Part shown: one piece after another, positions 28,581 through 40,441 of the stretch
Position numbering within the stretch: position 1 is the first letter of the stretch
How the letters are laid out: each line of letters begins with the position of its first letter
Sequence record: NZ_LR134463.1
Length of the DNA: 64,000 nucleotides
Strand: one strand, 5' to 3'
Source of the DNA: a plasmid
Position numbers and translations under genes: made by a program
Notes under the pieces: model-generated
Database searches by the model: none
The model's input: the letters and a program-made list of their open reading frames with translations, nothing else
What the model was told of the DNA's origin: nothing

Positions 28581-29645
28581 ATGGAAAGCATGATCGTGAA
28601 CGCATATGGAGCCGTGTCCGCAACCGAGCCGCTCGAGCCGATGACGATCGAGCGCCGCGATCCCGGTCCGCACGACGTGCAGATCGCCGTTCGGTATGCG
28701 GGCATCTGCCACAGCGACATCCACACCGTGCGCAGCGAGTGGGGGCCCGCCCGGTACCCGGTGGTGCCCGGCCACGAGATCGCGGGCGAGGTCACCGCGG
28801 TCGGCTCGGATGTCACGAGGTTCGCGGTCGGCGACCGCGTGGGCGTCGGCTGCTTCGTGGACTCCTGCCGCGAGTGCGCCGCGTGCCTGCGCGGCGAGGA
28901 GCAGTACTGCGAGCGCGGCATGGTCGGCACCTACAACGCGAAGGGCCGCGACGGGCAGCCCACGCAGGGCGGCTACTCGACGGGCATCGTCGTCGACGAG
29001 AACTACGTGCTCCGGGTCCCGGAGAGCATCGACTACGCGGCCGCCGCGCCGCTGCTGTGCGCCGGGATCACGCTCTTCAGCCCGCTGCGCCACTGGAACG
29101 TCGGCCCCGGTAGCAAGGTCGCGATCATCGGTCTCGGCGGCCTCGGCCACATGGGCGTGAAGCTGGCCGCGGCGATGGGCGCCGAGGTGACCGTGCTCAG
29201 CCAGTCGCTCAAGAAGATGGAGGACGGTCTGCGCCTGGGCGCGCAGCACTACTACGCGACCTCCGATCCCGACACCTTCAAGGTGCTGCGCAATCGCTTC
29301 GACGTCATCATCAACACCGTCTCGGCGAACCTCGACATGCACCCGTACTTCGGGATGCTGGCCGTCGACGGCACGCTCGTCGAGGTCGGCCTGCCGGAGC
29401 ATCCGGTGCCGGTCAACGTCTTCGACCTGACCCGCAATCGCCGCAGCTTCGCCGGCTCGATGATCGGCGGCATCGCCCAGACCCAGGAGATGCTCGACTT
29501 CTGCGCCGAGCACGGCATCGGCTCCGAGATCGAGCTGATCTCCGCCGATCAGATCAACGAGGCCTACGAGCGCGTGATCGCCTCGGACGTGCGGTACCGC
29601 TTCGTGATCGACACCGCGACGCTCGAGGCGCCCGCCGCCGGCTGA
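28581..29645 (+). CDS. Zinc-dependent NAD(P)-dependent alcohol dehydrogenase (AdhC/cinnamyl-ADH-like)
   Basis: It has the catalytic Zn motif ([17 protein letters not shown]), the structural Zn cysteines ([15 protein letters not shown]) and a Rossmann motif ([13 protein letters not shown]). Confidence 0.85.
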   Translation: MESMIVNAYGAVSATEPLEPMTIERRDPGPHDVQIAVRYAGICHSDIHTVRSEWGPARYPVVPGHEIAGEVTAVGSDVTRFAVGDRVGVGCFVDSCRECAACLRGEEQYCERGMVGTYNAKGRDGQPTQGGYSTGIVVDENYVLRVPESIDYAAAAPLLCAGITLFSPLRHWNVGPGSKVAIIGLGGLGHMGVKLAAAMGAEVTVLSQSLKKMEDGLRLGAQHYYATSDPDTFKVLRNRFDVIINTVSANLDMHPYFGMLAVDGTLVEVGLPEHPVPVNVFDLTRNRRSFAGSMIGGIAQTQEMLDFCAEHGIGSEIELISADQINEAYERVIASDVRYRFVIDTATLEAPAAG

Positions 29646-29676
29646 GCCCCGGAGCGAGCGGCCCCGGGCCGGTCGA

Positions 29677-30084
29677 TCAGAGCTGGTTGATCCGGATCAG
29701 GTTGCCGGCCGGGTCGCGGAACGCGCAGTCGCGCACGCCGTAATCCTGGTCCATGGGCTCCTGCACCACGTCGGCACCCGCACCGGCGACGCGTTCGAAC
29801 AGGCCGTCCAGGTCGTCGGTCGAGAGCGTGACCGCGGTGTAGGCGCCCTTGGCGATGAGGTCGAGCACCGTCTGCCGCTCGTCCGCGGTGACGCCGGGGT
29901 CCATGGCCGGCGGGTGCAGCAGGATCGACGTCTGCGGCTGGCCGACGGGACCGACGGTCAGCCACCGCATGTCCTGGTAGCCGACGTCCTTGCGCACCTC
30001 GAAACCGAGCAGGTCGCGGTAGAAGCCGAGGGCGGCCTCGGCGTCGGTGTGGGGGAGGTAGGCGAGCGAGATCGTGATGGTCAT
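29677..30084 (-). CDS. VOC-family (glyoxalase/bleomycin-resistance fold) protein
   Basis: The 135-aa product fits the VOC pattern (GFYRDLLGFEV, YGVRDCAFRDPAGNLI). Confidence 0.7.
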   Translation of the reverse strand: MTITISLAYLPHTDAEAALGFYRDLLGFEVRKDVGYQDMRWLTVGPVGQPQTSILLHPPAMDPGVTADERQTVLDLIAKGAYTAVTLSTDDLDGLFERVAGAGADVVQEPMDQDYGVRDCAFRDPAGNLIRINQL

Positions 30085-30094
30085 GCGGCCCAGG

Positions 30095-30556
30095 TTATTG
30101 CGGCGGGGCGTGCGGTGCTTCTCGGTTCCTGACCGGTCGCATGACCTGCCGGGCGAGGCACGCCGGGATGCCCTCCGCGGCGGCGCTGTGGTCGCGCTTG
30201 TAGACGCTCGGCGGCACGCCCACGAGTTCGGTGAACCGGGTGCTGAACGTGCCCAGCGACGAGCTTCCCACCGCGAAGCACGCGTCGGTCACGGAGACGT
30301 CGCCGCGGCGCAGCAGCATCATCGCCCGCTCGATCCGGCGGGTCATGAGGTACGAGTAGGGCGATTCGCCGTAGACGCGCTTGAACTCGCGGCTCAGGTG
30401 CCCCGCGGACAGGTGGGCGCCGCGGGCCAGTTCCTCGACGTCGAGCGGCTGCGCGAACTCGCGGTCGATGCGGTCGCGCACGCGGCGCAGCACCGCCAGG
30501 TCGCGCGCCCGCTGCGCCGGGTCAGGACTCCGGGCGCCACTTCTTGGCGTACTCAT
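30095..30556 (-). CDS. AraC-family HTH transcriptional regulator (short, DNA-binding domain only)
   Basis: It has an AraC HTH signature (HLSAGHLSREFKRVYGESPYSYLMTRRIERAMMLL..GFSSLGTFSTRF-like). The start is uncertain because the track ORF overlaps the 3' end of plsC. Confidence 0.65.
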   Translation of the reverse strand: MSTPRSGARSPDPAQRARDLAVLRRVRDRIDREFAQPLDVEELARGAHLSAGHLSREFKRVYGESPYSYLMTRRIERAMMLLRRGDVSVTDACFAVGSSSLGTFSTRFTELVGVPPSVYKRDHSAAAEGIPACLARQVMRPVRNREAPHAPPQ

Positions 30557-31235
30557 CCACGTACTCCTGCCCGGTGAGCGACTGGATCTCCTGCATGAGC
30601 CGGTCGGTCACCGAGCGCTCCAGCGCGTGACGCTCGTCGGGATCCGACGGGATGTCGTACTCGATCGGCTCGATGGGCTTGGCGAACTTCACCTGCACCC
30701 GCTCGGCGTGCCAGCTGAACGGACCGGGGGGCGAGACCTTGTCGGTGCCGATGACGCCGACGGGGATGATCGGCACATTCGCCTCGAAGGCGATCCGGAC
30801 CAGGCCGGTGCGGCCGCGGTAGAGCCGGCCGTCGGGGGAGCGGGTGCCCTCCGGATACATGCCGACCAGGCGGCCCTCGCCGAGCAGCTTCTTGGCGGTG
30901 TTCAGCGCGGCCGTCGCCGCGTCGCCGCCGGCGCGGTCGATCGGCACCTGCCCCGTCTGCGTGTAGAAGAACTTCTGCAGCTTGCCGGAGACGCCGGGCG
31001 CGGTGAAGTAGTCGCTCTTCGCCAGGTAGGAGATGCGGCGCGGCACGACCAGGGGCACGAACAGCCAGTCGGCGATCGACAGATGATTGCCGGCGATGAG
31101 GGCCGGGCCGTCGACCGGGATGTTCTCCAGGCCCTCGACGGTCGGCCGGTTCACCAGCCGGATCGTCGGTCCCACCGACACGTGCTTGATCAGCCAGTAC
31201 AGGAGGCCCTGGTCCCCGTGGTTGGTCTCAGCCAT
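30522..31235 (-). CDS. plsC: 1-Acyl-sn-glycerol-3-phosphate acyltransferase
   Basis: It has the acyltransferase motifs HxxxxD (AGNHLSIADW), FPEGTRS (MYPEGTRSPDG) and the VPIIPV block. Confidence 0.8.
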   Translation of the reverse strand: MAETNHGDQGLLYWLIKHVSVGPTIRLVNRPTVEGLENIPVDGPALIAGNHLSIADWLFVPLVVPRRISYLAKSDYFTAPGVSGKLQKFFYTQTGQVPIDRAGGDAATAALNTAKKLLGEGRLVGMYPEGTRSPDGRLYRGRTGLVRIAFEANVPIIPVGVIGTDKVSPPGPFSWHAERVQVKFAKPIEPIEYDIPSDPDERHALERSVTDRLMQEIQSLTGQEYVDEYAKKWRPES

Positions 31236-31389
31236 GGCGGACAACTTACCGGACCGTCAGGTGCCCCCGGGGCCCGAAGCCGAGGTGCGCGGCCGCCTGT
31301 GACGGCACCCACACCGGTGGTCGACGGCATCGCCGGTCGGCCGGTGCCCGGCCGGATACCCGGTGGCGCGGCACCCATAGAATGGGGGC

Positions 31390-33848
<2,459 letters not shown>

Positions 33849-33856
33849 GTGACTCC

Positions 33857-34471
33857 ATGACCGATCGCATCGCCCGCATCGAGCGCACCACGAGGGAGTC
33901 CTCCATCGTGGTGGAGATCAACCTCGACGGCACCGGCACCACCGAGATCGCCACCGGCGTCCCCTTCTTCGACCACATGCTCACCGCCTTCGGCCAACAC
34001 GGCAGCTTCGATCTGACGGTGCAGGCCAAGGGCGACATCGAGATCGACGCGCACCACACCGTCGAGGACACGGCGATCGTGCTCGGCCAGGCCATCGCGG
34101 AGGCCCTGGGCGACAAGAAGGGCATCCGCCGCTTCGGCGACTGCTTCATCCCCATGGACGAGACCCTGGCGCACGCCTCCGTGGACGTCTCGGGTCGGCC
34201 GTACGCCGTGCACACCGGTGAGCCGGAGTACCTGGTGCACTCCGTGATCGGCGGCTACCCGGGCGTCCCCTACTCGACGGTGATCAACCGCCACGTCTTC
34301 GAGTCCCTCGCGATGAACGCACGGATCGCGCTGCACGTGCGCGTCCTCTACGGCCGCGACCCGCACCACATCACGGAGGCGGAGTTCAAGGCCGTCGCCC
34401 GCGCCCTGCGCGCCGCCGTCGAGCCGGACCCCCGGGTCACCGGCGTCCCGTCGACCAAGGGCACGCTCTAA
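33857..34471 (+). CDS. hisB: Imidazoleglycerol-phosphate dehydratase
   Basis: IGPD motifs are present ([33 protein letters not shown]). Confidence 0.95.
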   Translation: MTDRIARIERTTRESSIVVEINLDGTGTTEIATGVPFFDHMLTAFGQHGSFDLTVQAKGDIEIDAHHTVEDTAIVLGQAIAEALGDKKGIRRFGDCFIPMDETLAHASVDVSGRPYAVHTGEPEYLVHSVIGGYPGVPYSTVINRHVFESLAMNARIALHVRVLYGRDPHHITEAEFKAVARALRAAVEPDPRVTGVPSTKGTL

Positions 34472-34514
34472 CGGTCCCGCGCGCCGAGCGCCGGCGCGTA
34501 GGCGTCCGGCTCGC

Positions 34515-34547
34515 TCGGGGGACCCCGTCCTTTCGGAGGGCGGGGAC
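34515..34547 (+). terminator. GC-rich hairpin downstream of hisB
   Basis: GGGGGACCCCGTCC-tttcgga-GGGCGGGGACG is an imperfect stem-loop that begins 44 bp after the hisB stop. Confidence 0.4.
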
Positions 34548-34549
34548 GC

Positions 34550-34578
34550 AAACAATTTTGTAGGATCAACAAAATTGT
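34550..34578. promoter_or_regulatory. Perfect AT-rich palindrome AACAATTTTGT-aggatca-ACAAAATTGTT
   Basis: It is an 11-bp inverted repeat with a 7-bp spacer, located 17 bp upstream of the M61 peptidase ATG. Such AT-rich sequence is an outlier in a ~70% GC genome, which makes it a candidate operator. Confidence 0.45.
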
Positions 34579-34594
34579 TCGCGGGAAGCCGGGA

Positions 34595-36505
34595 GTGCCG
34601 ATGTCCAAGGTTCGAGGCGTGAGCGCCGTCAGCATCGTGATCGTCCTCCTGGCGGGCCTGCTGGCCTGCGGGTCGCCGGACCGCGCGGGGGAGGGCGCAG
34701 GCGAGCAGAAGCCCATCGCGGTGTCCGTGGACGTCACCAACCTGCCGCAGCGCATCATCGGTGTGAAGCAGTCGATCCCCGTCAGCGCGGGCGAGGTGAC
34801 CCTGCTCTACCCGCAGTGGCTGCCGGGGAACCATTCCCCGTCCGGCCCGATCGACAAGATCGCCGGCATCACCTTCTCGGGCGGCGGGAAGAAGCTGGAG
34901 TGGAAGCGTGATCCGCTCAACGTCTACGCGCTGAAGGTCACGGTGCCCGACGGCGTCGACACCCTGGACGCGGCGTTCTCGTACCTCACGCCGACGGACA
35001 GCGCGCAGGGGCGCGTCGTGATGACGCCGAACATGCTCAACCTGCAGTGGAACGCCGTGCTCCTCTACCCGAAGGGGAAGCCCGCGAGCGAGATTCCGTT
35101 CACCGCGAGTGTGACCTATCCGCCGGGATTCCAGGCCGGCACCGCGCTGGACGTCTCCGGCCGGCGCGGGGACACCGTCGACTACCGCACCGTTCCGCTC
35201 GACGTCCTCGCCGACTCGCCCGTCTACGCGGGACGCTTCCACAAGGAGATCGACCTCGCCCCCGGCGCCGAGGTCCCGGTGCGCCTGCAGGTGTTCGCCG
35301 ATGCCCCGGAACAGCTCGAGGCCAAGCCCGAGCACATCGAGCAGCACAGGGCCCTCGTTGCGCAGGCGATCAAGCTGTACGGGTCCCAGCACTACGACCA
35401 CTACGACTTCCTGCTCTCGCTGTCGGATCAGCTGAGCTCGAACGGGCTGGAACACCAGCGATCCAGCGAGAACGGCCAGCCGACCGACTACTTCACCGCG
35501 TGGAATCCCGAGGTCGGGAGCGACGACCTGCTCGGCCACGAGTACACGCACTCGTGGAACGGCAAGTTCCGGCGCCCGGCCGATCTGTGGACGCCGGACT
35601 TCAACACCCCGATGCAGGACAGCCTGATGTGGGTCTACGAGGGGCAGACCCAGTACTGGGGCAACGTGCTCACCGGTCGCGCGGGCCTGCGGCCGGCGGA
35701 GGTCTCCCGCGACGCGCTGGCGTCCGCGGTCGCCACCTACACCGACGGCAGGCCGGGCCTGAGCTGGCGCAGCCTGCAGGACACCACGAACGACCCGATC
35801 ATCGCGCAGCGCCGCACCAAGCCGTACCGCTCCTGGCAGCTCAGCGAGGACTACTACCAGGGCGGTCAGCTCGTCTGGCTGGGCGTGGATGCGCGCATCC
35901 GGGAGCTGACGGGCAACACCAAGTCGCTCGACGACTTCGCCCGCGCCTTCTTCGGTGTCGACGGGGGAACCTGGAAGACGCAGAACACGTACGACTTCGA
36001 CAAGGTGGTCGCGACCCTGAACGGCGTCGCCGCCGACGACTGGGCGAAGTACCTCCGCGATCGCCTCGACGGCAGGGAGCCGTTCGCCTCGAGCGTCGAG
36101 AAGACCGGGTGGAAGCTGGTGTACGACAACAACCCGGGAGCCTTCCTCACGGAGCAGATGAAGGCGGCGGAGGGCGCCGCCAACTACACCTACTCCATCG
36201 GCCTCAACGTGTCCGCGACGGGCAAGGTGACCGACGTCCGCTGGGACGGCCCCGCGTTCAAGGCGAAGGTCGGGACCGGCATGACGGTGCTCTCGGTCAA
36301 CGACGCGGCCTACTCGCAGGCCACGATGCAGACCGCGATCGAAGCCGCCAGGACGAATCCCGCTCCGATCCGCCTGCAGGTGAAGGACTTCGACCAGACG
36401 CGGACCGTCGAGATCGACTACCACGGCGGCCTGCGGTACCCGCACCTGCAGCGCATCGAAGGCACCCCGGACTACCTCAGCCAGATCCTGGCGAGCCGCC
36501 CGTAG
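34595..36505 (+). CDS. Secreted M61-family zinc metallopeptidase lipoprotein (glycyl-aminopeptidase-like, with C-terminal PDZ-like region)
   Basis: It has a signal peptide with a lipobox (LLAGLLACGSP), an HExxH zinc site (HEYTHSWNG) and a downstream Glu in WVYEGQTQYW. The 636-aa length is typical of the M61 family. Confidence 0.7.
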   Translation: MPMSKVRGVSAVSIVIVLLAGLLACGSPDRAGEGAGEQKPIAVSVDVTNLPQRIIGVKQSIPVSAGEVTLLYPQWLPGNHSPSGPIDKIAGITFSGGGKKLEWKRDPLNVYALKVTVPDGVDTLDAAFSYLTPTDSAQGRVVMTPNMLNLQWNAVLLYPKGKPASEIPFTASVTYPPGFQAGTALDVSGRRGDTVDYRTVPLDVLADSPVYAGRFHKEIDLAPGAEVPVRLQVFADAPEQLEAKPEHIEQHRALVAQAIKLYGSQHYDHYDFLLSLSDQLSSNGLEHQRSSENGQPTDYFTAWNPEVGSDDLLGHEYTHSWNGKFRRPADLWTPDFNTPMQDSLMWVYEGQTQYWGNVLTGRAGLRPAEVSRDALASAVATYTDGRPGLSWRSLQDTTNDPIIAQRRTKPYRSWQLSEDYYQGGQLVWLGVDARIRELTGNTKSLDDFARAFFGVDGGTWKTQNTYDFDKVVATLNGVAADDWAKYLRDRLDGREPFASSVEKTGWKLVYDNNPGAFLTEQMKAAEGAANYTYSIGLNVSATGKVTDVRWDGPAFKAKVGTGMTVLSVNDAAYSQATMQTAIEAARTNPAPIRLQVKDFDQTRTVEIDYHGGLRYPHLQRIEGTPDYLSQILASRP

Positions 36506-36509
36506 CCAG

Positions 36510-36535
36510 GGGCCCGGGGGCCCCGGGGCGGCCTA
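36510..36535. terminator. GC palindrome (GGGGCCCGGGGGCCCCGGGGCGGCC) between the convergent M61 peptidase and allantoinase genes
   Basis: It is an inverted repeat, GGGGCC/GGCCCC, centred between the two stop codons, and is probably a bidirectional terminator. Confidence 0.45.
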
Positions 36536-37882
36536 GGCCTCGCCGCGGCGCAGCAGGCGCCCGTGCGGGGTCTCGAAGTCGACCTTCTCCCCGCGGAGCC
36601 ACGTGCCGCTGATGACGCCCGCGAGCGCGCGGCCGTCGTACGGCGAGATCGCGTTCTTGTGGTGGAGGTGGTGCACGTCGACGACCTGTGCGGCCTCCGG
36701 CTCGAAGATGGCGAAGTCGGCGTCGAAGCCGAGGGCGATCCGGCCCTTGCGGGTCATACCGGCCAGCTTCGCCGGGTTCGCCGACATCCACTCGAGGACC
36801 TGCTCGAGGGAGATCCCGCGCTTCTTGGCCTCGGTCCAGATCAGTTGCAGGCCCAGCTGGAGCGACGCGACGCCACCCCAGGCCACGCCGAAATCGCCGT
36901 TCTCGACGTCCTTGAGGTCGATCGTCGAGGGGGAGTGGTCGGAGACGATGCAGTCGATCGTGCCGTCCAGCAGCCCTTGCCACAGCAACTCGCGGTTCGA
37001 CGCCTCGCGGATCGGCGGGCAGCACTTGTAGGCGGTGCCGCCGTTCGGGATCTCCTCGGCGAGCAGAGTCAGGTAGTGCGGGCAGGTCTCGACGGTGAGC
37101 TTGACCCCGTCGCGGCGGGCCGTCGCGATCATCGGCAGCGCGTCGGACGACGAGAGGTGCAGGATGTGTGCGCGCGCCCCGGTCCAGCGCGCGCGCTCGA
37201 TGACGTCGGCGATGGCGACGTTCTCCGCGCCGCGGGGCCGCGAGGCCAGGAACTTCGCGTACTTGTCGCCCTCGGGCTCCGGGGCGTGGTCGATCGCGCG
37301 CGAGTCCTCGGCGTGCACGATCATCAGCGAGTCGAACGTGGCCAGCTCGGCCATGTCCTCCTCCATCTCGTCGGCCGTGAGATGCGGGAACTCGTCGACG
37401 CCGGAGTGCAGCAGGAAGCACTTGAAGCCGAACACGCCGTCGTCGTGCAGGCCGCGCAGCTCGCCCTTGTTGCCGGGGACGGCGCCGCCCCAGAAGCCCA
37501 CGTCGATGTGGGCCTTGGGGCCCGCCACCTCGCGCTTGATGCGCAGGGCCTCACGGTCGACGGTGGGCGGGATGGAGTTGAGCGGCATGTCGACGAGCGT
37601 CGTGACGCCGCCGGCGGCGGCGGCCTTGGTCGCGGACTCGAAACCCTCCCATTCGGTGCGCCCGGGCTCGTTGACGTGCACGTGGGTGTCCACGAGGCCG
37701 GGGATCAGCACCTGGTCGTCCGTCAGCTCGATGACCTCGCGGCCCGCCAGGCCGTTGCCGAGCGGCTCGATGGCGACCACCCGGCCGTCGCGGATCCCGA
37801 CCTCCCGGGCCACGGTCCCGGCGGTCGTGACGATGCGGCGGCCGCGGACCACCAGGTCGTACTCGGCGGTGTCGGTGCTCAT
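36533..37882 (-). CDS. allB: Allantoinase (cyclic amidohydrolase)
   Basis: It has the amidohydrolase metal ligands (VDTHVHVNEPGRTEWEG, FKCF, HAED, HILHLSS, DHSP) and the allantoinase-typical KCCPPIR loop. Confidence 0.85.
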   Translation of the reverse strand: MSTDTAEYDLVVRGRRIVTTAGTVAREVGIRDGRVVAIEPLGNGLAGREVIELTDDQVLIPGLVDTHVHVNEPGRTEWEGFESATKAAAAGGVTTLVDMPLNSIPPTVDREALRIKREVAGPKAHIDVGFWGGAVPGNKGELRGLHDDGVFGFKCFLLHSGVDEFPHLTADEMEEDMAELATFDSLMIVHAEDSRAIDHAPEPEGDKYAKFLASRPRGAENVAIADVIERARWTGARAHILHLSSSDALPMIATARRDGVKLTVETCPHYLTLLAEEIPNGGTAYKCCPPIREASNRELLWQGLLDGTIDCIVSDHSPSTIDLKDVENGDFGVAWGGVASLQLGLQLIWTEAKKRGISLEQVLEWMSANPAKLAGMTRKGRIALGFDADFAIFEPEAAQVVDVHHLHHKNAISPYDGRALAGVISGTWLRGEKVDFETPHGRLLRRGEA

Positions 37883-37902
37883 GCGGTGTCTCCTTCGGCT
37901 GA

Positions 37903-37923
37903 AAATTCCGAGTGGCGGAATTT
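37903..37923. promoter_or_regulatory. Perfect palindrome AAATTCCG-agtgg-CGGAATTT in the allB/permease divergent promoter
   Basis: The arms are 8 bp with a 5-bp spacer, and the core is TTCCG-N5-CGGAA. It lies 21 bp upstream of the allB start codon (minus strand). Confidence 0.5.
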
Positions 37924-38071
37924 CGTCTCGATCCTGGGGCCACAGTAGGTGTGACCTGCGCCACCCGTCAAGAACGTCGTTTCCGTCGTGTGACGATCAT
38001 ATTCCGAGATGCGACATGGGCCTTGACAGGTGGGCGGGGATAGGTCTTACTTATCGCTACAAGTGGAACAG

Positions 38072-38092
38072 AATTTCCGCACAACGGAAAAG
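38072..38092. promoter_or_regulatory. Second TTCCG-N5-CGGAA palindrome (AATTTCCG-cacaa-CGGAAAAG), ~40 bp upstream of the NCS1 permease start
   Basis: It shares the core and spacing of the site at 37903-37923, and a third copy occurs at 52753-52782. Confidence 0.5.
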
Positions 38093-38128
38093 ATTCGAGC
38101 GGTCAGCCAGCAGGAACGAAGGCCCAGC

Positions 38129-39670
38129 ATGACAGAAGAACTCACCCCCCGCGTCGCGGCGGAGGCGAATCCGATCCGACTCGGCGACGCGGCCGTCACC
38201 GACGTCCCCGACGTGGACGCCCTGAACCGGCTCAGCGCCGGCCTCTACAACCAGGACCTCGCGCCCACGAAGCGGGCCGGCCGGACCTGGGGCGGCTACA
38301 ACATCTTCACCCTGTGGGCCAACGACGTACACAGCCTCGGGAACTACGCGTTCGCGATCGGCCTGTTCGCGCTCGGCCTCGGCGGCTGGCAGATCCTGCT
38401 GGCCCTCGGACTCGGCGGCGTGTTCCTCTTCGTCCTGCTCAACTTCTCCGGCTTCATGGGGGAGAAGACGGGCGTTCCGTTCCCCGTGATGAGCCGTATC
38501 TCCTTCGGCATCCGCGGGGCGCAGATCCCCGCGCTGATCCGCGGTGTGGTCGCGATCGCCTGGTTCGGCATCCAGACCTACCTGGCCTCGGTGGTGCTGC
38601 GCATCCTCATCATCGCGGTGGCGCCCGGCGCGGCGACGCTCGACGAGAACCGCTTCCTCGGGCTCTCCACCCTCGGCTGGATCTCCTTCCTCGTGCTGTG
38701 GGCGATCCAGCTCGTCATCGTCAGCTACGGCATGGAGATGATCCGCAAGTACGAGGCCTTCGCGGGCCCGGTCATCCTCGTCACGATGGCGGCCCTGGCG
38801 GTCTGGATGCTCAGCAAGGCCGACTGGTCGATCGCCTGGACCACGCCGGAGTCCAAGACGGGGCTCGACATGTGGCTCCAGATCGTCGGCGGTGCCAGCC
38901 TGTGGGTGGCCATCTACGGCACCTTCGTCCTCAACTTCTGCGATTTCACCCGCAACGCGACGTCGAAGAAGTCCATCGTGCGTGGCAACTTCTTCGGCAT
39001 CCCGCTCAACATGCTCCTCTTCGGCGCCATCGTGATCACCCTGGCGGGCGCGCAGTTCCGGATCAACGGCCAGGTCATCGAGTCGCCCGCCGACATCGTC
39101 AAGACGGTGCCGAACACGCTTCTGCTCGTGCTCGCCTGCCTCGCGCTGCTGGTCCTCACCGTCGCCGTGAACCTGATGGCGAACTTCGTGGCGCCGATCT
39201 ACGCGCTCAACAACCTGTTCCCGAAGCACCTGAACTTCCGCAGCGCCGGACTCATCTCCGGTGTCATCGGGCTCGTCATCCTGCCCTGGAACCTCTACAA
39301 CTCGCCCGTCGTGATCACCTACTTCCTGGGCGGCCTCGGTGCGCTGCTCGGCCCGCTGTTCGGCATCGTCATGGCCGACTACTGGCTGATCCGCAAGACC
39401 AGGGTCAACGTGCCCGATCTGTACTGCGATCTGCCCGACGCCCCGTACTTCTACAAGAGCGGTGTGAACCCGCGCGCCGTCATCGCGCTCGTACCCACCG
39501 CCGGTGCGGCGCTGCTCATGGCCTTCGTGCCCGCCTTCCACGTCGTGTCGAACTACTCGTGGTTCATCGGCGCCGGTCTCGGTGCTCTGGTGTACCTCGT
39601 GGTGGCCGACCGCAAGGGCCCGTTCGTCGACGTCTCCGGCGAGCCGATCGCCGTCCCCAGCAAGCACTAG
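38129..39670 (+). CDS. NCS1-family nucleobase:cation symporter (allantoin/hydantoin permease-like)
   Basis: The product has 12 transmembrane helices and is NCS1-like (GYNIFTLWANDVHSLGNYAF, FPVMSRISFGIRGAQIP). It is divergent from allantoinase. I chose the ATG at 38129. Confidence 0.85.
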   Translation: MTEELTPRVAAEANPIRLGDAAVTDVPDVDALNRLSAGLYNQDLAPTKRAGRTWGGYNIFTLWANDVHSLGNYAFAIGLFALGLGGWQILLALGLGGVFLFVLLNFSGFMGEKTGVPFPVMSRISFGIRGAQIPALIRGVVAIAWFGIQTYLASVVLRILIIAVAPGAATLDENRFLGLSTLGWISFLVLWAIQLVIVSYGMEMIRKYEAFAGPVILVTMAALAVWMLSKADWSIAWTTPESKTGLDMWLQIVGGASLWVAIYGTFVLNFCDFTRNATSKKSIVRGNFFGIPLNMLLFGAIVITLAGAQFRINGQVIESPADIVKTVPNTLLLVLACLALLVLTVAVNLMANFVAPIYALNNLFPKHLNFRSAGLISGVIGLVILPWNLYNSPVVITYFLGGLGALLGPLFGIVMADYWLIRKTRVNVPDLYCDLPDAPYFYKSGVNPRAVIALVPTAGAALLMAFVPAFHVVSNYSWFIGAGLGALVYLVVADRKGPFVDVSGEPIAVPSKH

Positions 39671-39679
39671 GAGTCCGGC

Positions 39680-40402
39680 ATGCGCATTCTCGTCGCCAAC
39701 GTCAACACCACCGAGTCCATGACGGCCGCGATCGCCGAATCGGCGCGTTCCGCTGCCTCTCCCGGCACCGAGATCGTCGGAATCACCCCGCGGTTCGGCG
39801 CGGACTCGTGCGAGGGCAACTTCGAGTCCTACCTCGCGGCGATCGCCGTCATGGATGCGATCACGCGGTACGAGGGCCCCTACGACGCAGTGATCCAGGC
39901 CGGCTACGGCGAGCACGGGCGGGAGGGCCTGCAGGAGCTGCTCGAGGTGCCCGTCGTGGACATCACCGAGGCCGCCGCCTCGACCGCGATGTATCTGGGC
40001 CACAAGTACTCCGTGGTCACCACGCTCGACCGGACGGTCCCCCTCATCGAGGATCGGCTCAAGCTGGCCGGACTCGACGCCCGCTGCGCCTCGGTGCGCG
40101 CGTCCGGCCTCGGCGTCCTGGAGCTCGAGTCCGCGCCCGAGCGGGCCGTCGAGGCCATCGTCGCCCAGGCGCGCGACGCCGTCGAGCGCGACCACGCCGA
40201 GGTGATCTGCCTCGGCTGCGGCGGCATGGCGGAGCTGGAGGAGAAGGTCTCCGCGGCGACGGGCGTCCCCATCGTCGACGGTGTCCGGGCCGCCGTGACG
40301 ATCGCCGAGGGGCTCGTCCGGATGGGGCTGAAGACCTCCAAGGTGCGTACTTACGCCCCGCCGCGACCCAAGGTCGTGACGGGCTGGCCGTTCGAGAACT
40401 GA
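39680..40402 (+). CDS. Asp/Glu/hydantoin racemase-family protein (candidate allantoin/hydantoin racemase)
   Basis: The 240-aa product carries the two catalytic Cys regions of the family (GADSCEGN, ICLGCGGM) and lies 10 bp downstream of the NCS1 permease. Confidence 0.7.
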   Translation: MRILVANVNTTESMTAAIAESARSAASPGTEIVGITPRFGADSCEGNFESYLAAIAVMDAITRYEGPYDAVIQAGYGEHGREGLQELLEVPVVDITEAAASTAMYLGHKYSVVTTLDRTVPLIEDRLKLAGLDARCASVRASGLGVLELESAPERAVEAIVAQARDAVERDHAEVICLGCGGMAELEEKVSAATGVPIVDGVRAAVTIAEGLVRMGLKTSKVRTYAPPRPKVVTGWPFEN

Positions 40403-40441
40403 GACGGCCGCACCGATAGTCGGGCAACGAAGGGACGGGCC

